Shown here one piece after another: positions 9,380-19,000 of a stretch of 64,000 nucleotides of DNA. The DNA is from an uncultured Klebsiella sp. (GTDB taxonomy: Bacteria > Verrucomicrobiota > Verrucomicrobiia > Limisphaerales > SXTU01), in contig CAZCBE010000002.1 of NCBI GenBank assembly GCA_964496695.1, forward strand, positions 61,861 to 125,860. The letters run 5' to 3'. Within the stretch, counting starts at the first letter, position 1, and each line of letters starts with the position of its first letter. The translations under genes were made by a program, and so were the position numbers. The notes under the pieces were generated by a model. The model did not search any database and had not been told where the DNA came from. It was given only the letters and a program-made list of their open reading frames with translations.

Positions 9380-10381
9380 ATGCGTCCCGTCAGTCTCATC
9401 CGTCGCCTCGCTTCTGCGATGCTGCTGCTGGCCTTCGTCGCACAGCCTCAAGCAGCCGAATCACCTAAAGTCGTCAAAGTCTTCATCCTCGCCGGCCAGT
9501 CGAACATGGAAGGGCACGGGTTCATCGCGGCGGACCCTAAACGAAACGGTGGCAAAGGCTCGCTGGAGTTCCTGTTGAAGGACGCGGCCACCGCGTCGAA
9601 GTTTGCGCATCTCGCGGATGCCGCAGGCAAGTGGCGCGTGCGTGACGATGTCTTCATCCACTACCTCCAGCGGAAGGGGCCGCTCACCACCGGCTTTGGC
9701 GCGAAGGATACGCTCATTGGCCCGGAGCTGGGCTTCGGCTGGGTGACGGGCGATGCGCTGAAGGAGCCGGTGCTGCTCATCAAATGTGCCTGGGGCGGTA
9801 AGAGCCTCGCGGTGGACTTCCGTCCGCCCAGCGCGGGGAAGCTGCCGTATTCCATGGGTGAGAAGGCGGATGCCGCCCTCGCGCAAGACCCGGCCATGCT
9901 CGGCAAGTATTATCGCGAAACCGTGGCGCTCACGAAGGCCGCGCTGGCGCAAGTGAAGGAACTCGTGCCCGGCAGCGACGGGCGCTACGAGATCGTCGGC
10001 TTCGGCTGGCACCAAGGGTGGAATGATCGCATCAACGACAAGTTCAACGCGGAATACGAGAGCAACATGGCGCACTTTATCCGCGACATCCGTCGCGACC
10101 TGGGCGTGGCGAAGCTGCCGTTCGTGATCGCGGAGAGCGGCATGAGCGGCTTTGAGGAAAAGCATCCGCGCGCCCTCTCGCTCATGAAGGCGCAGGCCGC
10201 GGTGGCCGATTATCCTGAGTTCAAAGGCAATGTCGGCTTCGTCGGCACCAAGGCCTTCTGGCGTCCCGTCGAGTCCTCGCCGTCAGGGCAGGGCTACCAC
10301 TGGAACACGAACGCGGAGACTTATTATCTGATTGGTGAGGCGATGGGCCGGGCGATGCTCAAGCTCCTGGAGAAACCCTAA
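9380..10381 (+). CDS. sialate O-acetylesterase-like esterase (DUF303/SGNH type)
   Basis: 333 aa with a signal peptide, then VKVFILAGQSNMEGHG (GQSNM nucleophile block). The TAA stop overlaps the next ATG (TAATG). Confidence 0.8.
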   Translation: MRPVSLIRRLASAMLLLAFVAQPQAAESPKVVKVFILAGQSNMEGHGFIAADPKRNGGKGSLEFLLKDAATASKFAHLADAAGKWRVRDDVFIHYLQRKGPLTTGFGAKDTLIGPELGFGWVTGDALKEPVLLIKCAWGGKSLAVDFRPPSAGKLPYSMGEKADAALAQDPAMLGKYYRETVALTKAALAQVKELVPGSDGRYEIVGFGWHQGWNDRINDKFNAEYESNMAHFIRDIRRDLGVAKLPFVIAESGMSGFEEKHPRALSLMKAQAAVADYPEFKGNVGFVGTKAFWRPVESSPSGQGYHWNTNAETYYLIGEAMGRAMLKLLEKP

Positions 10382-13300
10382 TGAGATTTGTCCTTCCTTT
10401 GGTGGCAGTCACGCTGGCGTTGTCGGCTGGCCTTATGCATGCGGCCCCGGCCGATTATCAAAAGGACATCCGCCCGCTGCTCAACGAGTTCTGCCTCAAG
10501 TGTCACTCGACCAAGGATCAGAAGGGCGACCTCGACTTGGAGCGGTTCAAGTCGCTGGACTCTGTGAAGCGCGACGCCAAGGTCTGGCTGCAGGTGGAGG
10601 AACAGATCGAACTGGGTGAGATGCCCCCCAAGGACAAGCCACAGCTCTCCAGCGCACAGAAAACCCAGCTCATGACGTGGTTGCGCGGCACGCTCAATGA
10701 CATCGCGAAAGCCAATGCGGGCGACCCCGGGCCGGTTGTCCTCCGCCGCCTCTCGAACGCCGAATACACCTATACCGTGCGCGACCTCACGGGCGTCGAG
10801 TCCCTCGATCCCGCGCGCGAGTTCCCTGTGGATGGCGCGGCGGGCGAGGGCTTCTCGAACACCGGCGCGGCGCTCGTCATGTCGCCCGCGCTGCTCACGA
10901 AGTATCTTGATGCCGCGAAAGACATCGCCGCGCACGCCGTGCTGCTGCCCGATGGCGTGCGGTTCTCGCCGAGCACTTCACAGCGTGACTGGAGCGAGGA
11001 GCGGCTCACGGCCATCCGCACGTTCTATGCGCAGTTCACTGAGAAGGGCGGCGGCACGGCGGTCAATCTGCAGGGCATCAAGTTCGACACCAAGGACGGC
11101 GGCGTGCTGCCGCTTGAAAAGTATCTTGCTGCGACGCTCGCCGAGCGCGATGTGTTGGCTACCAAGCGCAAGTCAATTGCCGACATCGCCAAGGAACGCG
11201 GCCTCAACGCGAAATATCTCGGCACGCTCTGGGCCGCGCTCAACGGCACGGAGCCTTCGCTGGTGCTGGATCTCGTCCGTGCCCAATGGCGCGCCGCGAA
11301 GCCTGCGGACGCGTCGGCCCTGGTCGCCTCGATCGCGCAGTGGCAGCGGACCTTGTGGCGCTTCACGACCGTCGGTCACATCGGCAAGCGCAACGGTCCG
11401 TTGGCGTGGCAGGTTCCGGTGCTTCCACTCGCCGCCTCGCAGGAGATACGAGTGAAGCTCGCCGCGCCAAGCAACGGCAACGAAGTCACCTTTTATCTCC
11501 TCGCGTCCGATGCGGGCGACGGCAACGGGCACGATTTCGCCGTCTGGGAAAATCCGCGGCTGATCGCGCCTGGCCGGCCCGACCTGCGCCTGCGTGATGT
11601 GCGCGAGGCGGTCCTGGCCTTCCAATCGCAGCGCGAGCGCGTCGCGGCCAGCGCGGCCAAGTGTCTTGCGGCGGCGGCGGAAGCCGCGGCGATGTCTGAC
11701 CGTGCCGCTGTTGACCAGCTCGCGCAGAAGCACGGCGTCGAGCCAACGCTGTTGGTGGCGTGGCTGGATTATCTCGGCATCGGCGGCGGGCCGGTGCGGG
11801 TGACCTCGCACATGACCAAGAAGGCCGAGAACGCGAACAATTACGATTTCATCAAGGGCTGGACCGGTGCGGATGCATTGAGCGTGCTGGCGAATTCGAG
11901 CGACCAGGCCGTGCGTATTCCCGGCCACATGAAGCCGCACAGCGTCGGCGTGCATCCGTCGCCGAAGCTGCGCGTGTGCGTCGGTTGGAGCAGCCTGGTC
12001 GCGGCGACCGTGCGCGTCGAGGCTGCGGTGCAGCACGCGCATCCCGAGTGCGGCAACGGGGTCACCTGGGCTGTGGAACTTCGGCGGGGCAGCACGCGCC
12101 AGCGCCTGGCCGCCGGCACCGCCCAGGGCGCGAAGGAAGTGAAAGTTCCGCTGGTGGAAAACCTCGCGGTGCAGCCGGGCGACCTGCTCTCGCTCGTCAT
12201 CGGCCCGCGCGACGGCAACCACTCGTGCGACATGACGGCAGTGGACCTGGACATCAAGAGCGCCGACGGCAAGCAGTGGAACGTCGCACGCGACGTCTCG
12301 CCGAACATCCTCGCTGGCAACCCGCACGCGGACGGCTTGGGCAACCCCGGCGTCTGGCATTTCTACAGCGAGCCGGACAGCGGTGGCGGGGCGGACTCCG
12401 TGATCCCGGCCGGCTCGGTCTTGGCGAAATGGCGTGCTGCCACTGACGCGAGGGAGCGAAGCCGGCTGGCGGACGAGGTGCAAAGGTTGTTGCAGGGCAA
12501 TGCGGCTGGTCTGGCCAAGGGTGCGCCTGATCTGGTCCTTCATCGCGAACTTACGTCGCTTGGCGGCCCGCTGTTCAAGCACCAACCGGGTAGCAGCCGA
12601 CGTGAGGAGGCTCCGATCAAACCCCGCGATAATCAGAGCCTCCTCACGTCGGCTGCTACCTGGGGTCTTGATCCCGCGCTCTTCGGCAAGCACCCGAATG
12701 GCACCGCCCTTCCGGCGGCGAATCTTTGCGTGCGCGCGCCTTCGCTCATTGAGGTGCGTCTGCCCGCAGCGTTGGTCGAAGGCTGCGAGTTCGTGACCAC
12801 CGCCACCTTGCACCGCGAGACCGGGGCGGAAGGCAGCGTGCAAATGCAGGTGCTGACGAACAAGCCTGCGAGCGCCTCCGGCCTCGCGGCCGGCACGGCG
12901 ACGGTGCTGGGCGGCAAGAGCACCTGGTCGGACGGCGAGCGGCCCGTGGGGTCGGACGCGCCCATTCTCGTGGCGGAAGGCAGCGCGTCACGCAAACGCA
13001 TCGAGACGGCGCTCGACGGGTTCCGCCAGCTCTTCCCCGCCGCACTCTGCTACACGAAGATCGTGCCAGTGGACGAGGTCGTGACCCTCACGCTCTATTA
13101 TCGTGAGGATGACCAGCTTCGCCGCCTGATGCTGGATGATGCGCAGGCCGCCGAGCTGGACCGGCTCTGGGCCGAACTGCACTTTGTCAGTCACAGCCCG
13201 CTCAAGCTCGTGGATGCCTTCGAGCAGCTCTGGCAGTTCGCCACGCAGGACGCGGACCCGAGCGCCTTCACGCCGATGCGCGAGCCGATCAAGCAGCGCG

Positions 13301-14589
13301 CGGAGGTCTTTCGCAAGGAACTGGTCGCCGCCGAGCCGAAGCAGATCGAGGCGGTGTTGAACTTCGCCGGACAGGCATGGCGACGTCAGCTTACGAGTGC
13401 TGAAAGGACCGAACTTGGCGCGCTCTATCGCACTTTCCGCGCTCAGGAGCTTTCGCACGACGCCGCGCTGCGCATGACGCTAGCCCGGGTGTTTGTTGCG
13501 CCAGGCTTTCTCTACAAGCTGGAGAAGCCTGCGCCGGGCACCGCGCAGTCGCCGGTAAGTGATACGGAGCTGGCCACCCGGCTGAGCTACTTCCTCTGGT
13601 CCTCCACGCCGGACAGTGAACTGGCCGGGCTGGCGTCAGCAGGCAAGCTGCGCAATCCCGAGGTGCTTGCGACCCAGATGCGGCGGATGCTGAAGGACCC
13701 GCGGGTGCGGCGGCTGGCGGTGGAGTTCGGCGCGCAGTGGCTGCACACGCGCGACCTCGACAAGCTCGACGAGAAGAGCGAGCGGCACTTCCCGACGTTC
13801 GCCTCGGTGCGCGGCGCGCTGAATGAGGAACCGATTCGCTTCTTCACCGACCTCTTCCAGCACGACGGCTCCGTGCTGGCGCTGCTGGATGCGGACTACA
13901 CGTTCGTGAACGGCACGTTGGCGAAGCACTACGGATTGACCGGTGTGAACGGCAACGAGTGGCGGCGGGTGGAGGGCGTGCGCGCGCAGGGCCGCGGCGG
14001 CGTGCTGGGCTTCGGCGCGACGCTGGCGAAGCAGAGCGGGGCTTCGCGCACGAGTCCGATTCTGCGCGGCAACTGGCTCAGCGAAACCCTGCTCGGCGAG
14101 CGTCTGCCGCGTCCGCCCAAGGGCGTGCCCGTGCTGCCCGAGGAAGCCCCCGCCGGACTCACCGAGCGCGCGCTGACCGAGAAGCATAGCAGCGACCCGA
14201 AGTGCGCCGGCTGCCACGCGCGCATTGATCCGTTCGGCTTCGCCCTGGAGCGCTATGACGCCATCGGCCGGCTACGGACGAAGGATGCAGCCGGCCTGGC
14301 GATTGACACCCGCACCCGCACGGCGGACGGCACGGCACTGGATGGCCTCGACGGGCTGCGGAACTACCTGCTCACGACGCGCCGCGAGGCTTTCGAGCGG
14401 CAGTTCTGCCGGAAGCTGCTCGGCTACGCGCTTGGGCGCGGCGTGCTGTTGAGCGACCAGCCGTTGATTGACGAGATGGTGAAGCAGCTTGCGGCGAACG
14501 AACATCGCGTCGGTTCCGTCGTCGAACTGATCGTGCGCAGCCGCCAGTTCCGTGAAATTCGCAGTCGCGACCGGGCCTCGGCCGAGTAA
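10381..14589 (+). CDS. giant PSCyt/DUF1587/DUF1592/DUF1595/DUF1588/DUF1585-type protein
   Basis: 1402 aa. Signal peptide, then N-terminal CLKCH (CxxCH). LRRLSNAEYTYTVRDLTGV (DUF1587-like). ...SRTSPILRGNWLSETLLG... (DUF1588-like). CAGCHARIDPFGFALERYDAIG (DUF1585-like). Confidence 0.85.
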   Translation: MRFVLPLVAVTLALSAGLMHAAPADYQKDIRPLLNEFCLKCHSTKDQKGDLDLERFKSLDSVKRDAKVWLQVEEQIELGEMPPKDKPQLSSAQKTQLMTWLRGTLNDIAKANAGDPGPVVLRRLSNAEYTYTVRDLTGVESLDPAREFPVDGAAGEGFSNTGAALVMSPALLTKYLDAAKDIAAHAVLLPDGVRFSPSTSQRDWSEERLTAIRTFYAQFTEKGGGTAVNLQGIKFDTKDGGVLPLEKYLAATLAERDVLATKRKSIADIAKERGLNAKYLGTLWAALNGTEPSLVLDLVRAQWRAAKPADASALVASIAQWQRTLWRFTTVGHIGKRNGPLAWQVPVLPLAASQEIRVKLAAPSNGNEVTFYLLASDAGDGNGHDFAVWENPRLIAPGRPDLRLRDVREAVLAFQSQRERVAASAAKCLAAAAEAAAMSDRAAVDQLAQKHGVEPTLLVAWLDYLGIGGGPVRVTSHMTKKAENANNYDFIKGWTGADALSVLANSSDQAVRIPGHMKPHSVGVHPSPKLRVCVGWSSLVAATVRVEAAVQHAHPECGNGVTWAVELRRGSTRQRLAAGTAQGAKEVKVPLVENLAVQPGDLLSLVIGPRDGNHSCDMTAVDLDIKSADGKQWNVARDVSPNILAGNPHADGLGNPGVWHFYSEPDSGGGADSVIPAGSVLAKWRAATDARERSRLADEVQRLLQGNAAGLAKGAPDLVLHRELTSLGGPLFKHQPGSSRREEAPIKPRDNQSLLTSAATWGLDPALFGKHPNGTALPAANLCVRAPSLIEVRLPAALVEGCEFVTTATLHRETGAEGSVQMQVLTNKPASASGLAAGTATVLGGKSTWSDGERPVGSDAPILVAEGSASRKRIETALDGFRQLFPAALCYTKIVPVDEVVTLTLYYREDDQLRRLMLDDAQAAELDRLWAELHFVSHSPLKLVDAFEQLWQFATQDADPSAFTPMREPIKQRAEVFRKELVAAEPKQIEAVLNFAGQAWRRQLTSAERTELGALYRTFRAQELSHDAALRMTLARVFVAPGFLYKLEKPAPGTAQSPVSDTELATRLSYFLWSSTPDSELAGLASAGKLRNPEVLATQMRRMLKDPRVRRLAVEFGAQWLHTRDLDKLDEKSERHFPTFASVRGALNEEPIRFFTDLFQHDGSVLALLDADYTFVNGTLAKHYGLTGVNGNEWRRVEGVRAQGRGGVLGFGATLAKQSGASRTSPILRGNWLSETLLGERLPRPPKGVPVLPEEAPAGLTERALTEKHSSDPKCAGCHARIDPFGFALERYDAIGRLRTKDAAGLAIDTRTRTADGTALDGLDGLRNYLLTTRREAFERQFCRKLLGYALGRGVLLSDQPLIDEMVKQLAANEHRVGSVVELIVRSRQFREIRSRDRASAE
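12589..12660. repeat. 72-nt palindromic repeat inserted in frame in the DUF1592-type CDS
   Basis: Perfect 25-nt arms, 12589-12613 (GGTAGCAGCCGACGTGAGGAGGCTC) and 12636-12660 (exact reverse complement), with a 22-nt loop. It translates as (G)SSRREEAPIKPRDNQSLLTSAAT. Confidence 0.9.
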
Positions 14590-14601
14590 ACTTTCAAAAC
14601 T

Positions 14602-15933
14602 ATGAGCACCCATCGCTTCAACCGCCGCGCCTTCCTGCGCGGCGTCGGCGTCACCATGGCGCTGCCGTGGATGGAGTCCTTCAACGTGTGGGGCGATGAG
14701 CCGGGCAAGAGCAAGCCGGCCAGTGAGGCTCCGGTGCGGCTCGCGGTGCTGTTCTCCGGCAACGGCTTTCACTCGAAGGAATGGTGGGCCAAGGGCGAGG
14801 GCAAGGCGATGGAACTGGGCCGGGTGCTCGCGCCGCTGCATGACCTCCGCGAGAAGCTGACCTTCGTGCGCGGCCTGTATCACGAGGAGGCGCGCAAGGG
14901 GAACATCCACAGTTCGCAGACGGGCAACATGCTCTCGGGCGCGCCCATCGCATCAGGCGGGGAGATTCGGTCGGGCACGAGCTTTGACCAGTTGCTGGCG
15001 CAGACGTATGGGCGTTCGACGAAGGTGCCGAGTCTCGTGCTGGGCTGCGAGCACTCGAACCCGTCGGTGCATAAGAACTACTCGATGCTCTACAGCTCGC
15101 ACATCTCGTGGAGTTCACCCACCACGCCGACGCCGCTGGAGCTATATCCGGCGCTGGCGTTCGACCGGCTGTTCAAGGACGAGGCCACGCCCGGCGACAA
15201 GAGCGTGCTGGATGCGGTGCTGACGGACGCGCAGGACCTGCGCCGCAGCATCAGCAAGGGCGACCAGCGCAAGCTCGACGAGTATCTCGACTCGGTGCGT
15301 GACGTGGAGAAGCGCATTGAGAACGCCGGCAAGCGCGGCGAAGTGCAGGGCTGGCGGCCCACGCTTGACAAGCCCAATATCAAGCGTCCGGCCGACGGCA
15401 TCCCGCAGGATGTCGGCGAGCACATGCGGCTCATGTGCGATCTGCTGGTGCTGGGTTTCCAGACGGACACCACGCGCATCACGACGCTGAAGCTGAACAA
15501 CGACCACAGCGCGCTGCGCTTCCCGAACCTGCCCAGCGTGCAGCAGGCGGGCCACGGCATTGACTACATGATCCACCACCTGCTCTCGCACAGCGACGGC
15601 GAGGACTGGCTGAAGGTGAACCAGTTCTTCATGGAGCAGGTGGCGTATGTCGCGAAGAAGCTCGACGCGATTCAGGAAGGGCCGCGCACGCTGCTCGACA
15701 ACACGATGCTCATGCACTGTTCCAGCATGATGGCCGGGGCGAGACACGACAACGACCAGCTCCCGGTCATCGTCCTCGGCGGCGCCGGTGGCCGCCTCAA
15801 AGGCGGTCGCGCCCTCGATTACAAGGACAAGCCCGACCGCCAGCTCTGCCGGCTCTATCTCTCGATGATGGACAAGATGGCGGTGCGGCCAGCGAGCTTT
15901 GGCGATGGGAAGAAGCCGTTGGAGGAGGTCTGA
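14602..15933 (+). CDS. DUF1552 domain protein, Tat signal
   Basis: 443 aa. FNRRAFLRGVGVTMALPWMESF leader typical of DUF1552. Internal MIHHLLSHSD (HxxSHH-like). Directly follows the DUF1592-type gene. Confidence 0.85.
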   Translation: MSTHRFNRRAFLRGVGVTMALPWMESFNVWGDEPGKSKPASEAPVRLAVLFSGNGFHSKEWWAKGEGKAMELGRVLAPLHDLREKLTFVRGLYHEEARKGNIHSSQTGNMLSGAPIASGGEIRSGTSFDQLLAQTYGRSTKVPSLVLGCEHSNPSVHKNYSMLYSSHISWSSPTTPTPLELYPALAFDRLFKDEATPGDKSVLDAVLTDAQDLRRSISKGDQRKLDEYLDSVRDVEKRIENAGKRGEVQGWRPTLDKPNIKRPADGIPQDVGEHMRLMCDLLVLGFQTDTTRITTLKLNNDHSALRFPNLPSVQQAGHGIDYMIHHLLSHSDGEDWLKVNQFFMEQVAYVAKKLDAIQEGPRTLLDNTMLMHCSSMMAGARHDNDQLPVIVLGGAGGRLKGGRALDYKDKPDRQLCRLYLSMMDKMAVRPASFGDGKKPLEEV

Positions 15934-16019
15934 GGGCTTGCGCGTCTGACAAGCCAGTTCATCCGCTAAACCGGCCCGCGCGGACCGTCGCATCACCCTT
16001 TCTTCCAGGAAACCAACCG

Positions 16020-19000
16020 ATGAACCTTCTCTTCATCCTGCCTGTGGTCCTGCTCTTTTCCTTCGGCCAGCTTCGCGCTGCGGATGCCAGCGCAAGCGTT
16101 GCCATGGCGGAAAAACATCGTGCCTTGTTCAAGACGCATTGCGTCTCCTGTCATGGACCGGAGAAGCAGAAAGGCAAGTTCCGCGTGGATGATCTGCCCT
16201 TCACCCTCTCGAACATCGAGACGGCGGAGCGCTGGCAGAAGGTGCTCAACGCACTGAACTCCGGCGAGATGCCGCCGGAGGGCGAGCCGCCGCTGCCGAA
16301 TGCCGCGAAGGCTGATTTCCTCGATGATCTGGCGAACGTGATGGTGGCGGCACGGCGGAGCCTGAGCGATCAGAACGGCGTCATCACCATGCGGCGGCTC
16401 AACCGGCGAGAGTATCGGAACACGCTGCGCGAGCTGCTCGGGGTGGAGATCAACGTGGCGGAGCTGCCGTCGGACACGGGCACCGGCGGCTTTGACACGG
16501 CGGGCGTGAACCTGTTCATGTCGGCGAACCAGTTCGAGCAGTATCAATCGCTCGGACGCGAGGCGCTGGTGGAGGCCTTTGCCTGGCAGGCGGCGGCGGG
16601 CGAGGAGCGCAAGCTGCGCTACGAGGCGGAGAGTTCGCTCAAGGTCATCACCAAGAATTACCAGGAGAAGCTCGATGCGCTGGAGCGGGCGAAGCAGTGG
16701 GTGAAGGCCGTGGATGCAGCAGCGGCTCGCCCAGAGAACGCAAAGGTTGTGGCGGTGCTGCGGGCAGAGTCGAAGAGCGGCGACCTCTTCCGCCGGTCGT
16801 GGGCGAAGCTCAAGGGCGCGCCCGCGCCGGAGGATTTTGGCTTCCGAACGGTGGAGAACAACGCCGACAAGGCCAACGGTGCGCTGAGCTACGGAACACC
16901 GACCGGGGCGGGTTACATGCGGCCTTACCACGAACACTATCTGAAGCAGCCGCACCTGGACACGGGTGCCTATCTGACCATCATGGCCGGCAATGACCTT
17001 GGCAACGACGCGCTGAGCATCTACGTGCCGCCGAGCTGGCCGGTGGGGGATTACACGGTGCGCGTGCGCGTGGCGGCGACGCCGCAGGCTTCGCCGGAGC
17101 GGCGCTTCATCGAGTTCGGCATTCACCCGCGCAACGGGCAGGTGATGAGCACGCATGAGGTCACGGGCACGCTGGCCGCGCCGCAAATCATTGAGATTCC
17201 CCTCACGCTGACCAAGGGCAACCAGGACCGCGACAACCGCACGATCTTCATTCGCGAGAAGGGCAGCAACGATCACTACACCCAGACCCGCCTCATCTTT
17301 AACCAGGGCAAGGCAAAGAACGGGATCGGCCCGGAACTGGCACTGTGGGTGGACTGGGTGGAGGTCGAGCGCAAAACGAAAACCGCACCGGTGAGCGCTC
17401 CAGCGGTGGTGAAGTTCGGCATTGGTGACAACCGTCAGGTCGGCTCCGTTTCCGCAAAAGGGCTGACCGCCGTGCGCTTCGAGTGCGAGACCGCGAACGA
17501 GAAGGTGTCCAAGTATGTCGCCGGGCAGATTGATGCGCGGGACCGGGCGCAGCGCTGGGTGAAGGCGGTGGAGGAGGCCGCTGCACGGCCGGAGAACAAG
17601 GAGATTGTTGCTGAACTGAAGAAGAACTCGAAGAACGACGCCATCTTCCGCCGCTCATGGGACAAGCTCAAAGGCGCGCCCTCGCCCGAGTCGTTCGGCT
17701 TCAAGACGGAGGAGAACAACGCGGACAAGGCCAACAGCGCGCTCGGGGAGAACTGGCAGAAGTATCATGAGTATTACCTGCGGCAGCCTGGCCTCGACCG
17801 CGGCGCGTATCTCGGCACGCCCACGATGCACCCGGCGGTGATGGCGCTGGGCTTCCTGCAGTTGCCCGTGCCCGGCGAGTGGACCAGCGGCAACTACGTC
17901 TTTCGCGTGCGCCTGGCGGCGGCGAAGGACGCGCGGCCGGAGCAGCGCTTTCTCGAAGTGGGCATGCATCCGCGCAATGGCATGGTCCGCGCGACGTTCG
18001 AGGTTACGGGCACGATGGACCGGCCGCAGATCGTCGAAATGCCCTTCACGCTCACGCGTTCCCAGACTGATGCGGGTGATCGCACCCTGTTCATCCGTGA
18101 GAAAGGTGCCTGGGACAGCAACGAGGAAGGGGGACGCAAACGTGCGGAAGCGCTGAAGCGCAACGGCATCGGCCCCGAGGCCGTGCTATGGATTGACTAC
18201 ATGGAAATCGAGCGGCTCAGCGACGCCGTCCGCCCGCAGCCGCCCGGCCTGGCGGCGCTCGCTGGCCTCCCGGTGGATGATAAGACCAGTGCGCCGTCAT
18301 CCACCGAGGTGCAAGCGGCGCTCGCCCGTTTCGCCACGGTGGCGTTCCGCGGCACCGAACCGCCGGCGAGCTATCTGCAACGGCTCGCCAGCATCTACGA
18401 CACGCAGTTGAAGTCCGGCACGAAGCACAGCGTGGCGCTGCGGGAGACGCTCGCCGTGGTGTTGTCATCGCCCATGTTTCTCTATCTCGCCGAGCCGGCC
18501 GCCGATGAGAAGCGCCGTCCGCTTACCGGTCCCGAACTGGCCACGCGGCTTGCCTATTTTCTCTGGAGCGCGCCGCCGGATGAGACGCTGCTGGAGCTGG
18601 CCAGACGCGGCGAACTGGCGAAGCCCGAGGTGCTCGCCGCCGAGACCGCGCGGTTGCTGGATGACCCGCGTGCGCAGGACTTCGTGCGCGGCTTCCTGTT
18701 CCAGTGGCTGGGGATGGACCGGCTCGATTTCTTCGAGGTGAACCGCGCGAAATACCCGCGCTTCGATGACAGCACCCGGCTGGCCGCGAAGAACGAGGTG
18801 TATGAAACCTTTGCCCATGTCCTGCGGCACAACGCCCCGCTGCGCGATCTCCTCAAGTCCGACTATGTCGTCGTCAATCACCTGCTGGCGGACTTCTACG
18901 GCATTCCCGGCGTGAGCGGCGATGCCTACCAGAAGGTGTCGCTGCCCAAGGATTCACCGCGCGGCGGCCTGCTCGGCATGGCCGCCATCAACGTCATGGG

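Noticed and set aside
15993-17276. 427-aa minus-strand ORF, with others opposite the DUF1592/DUF1552 genes (e.g. 11173-12843, 20125-21090)
   Set aside because: They are antisense to long genes with clear domain signatures and have low-complexity R/H/A-rich translations.
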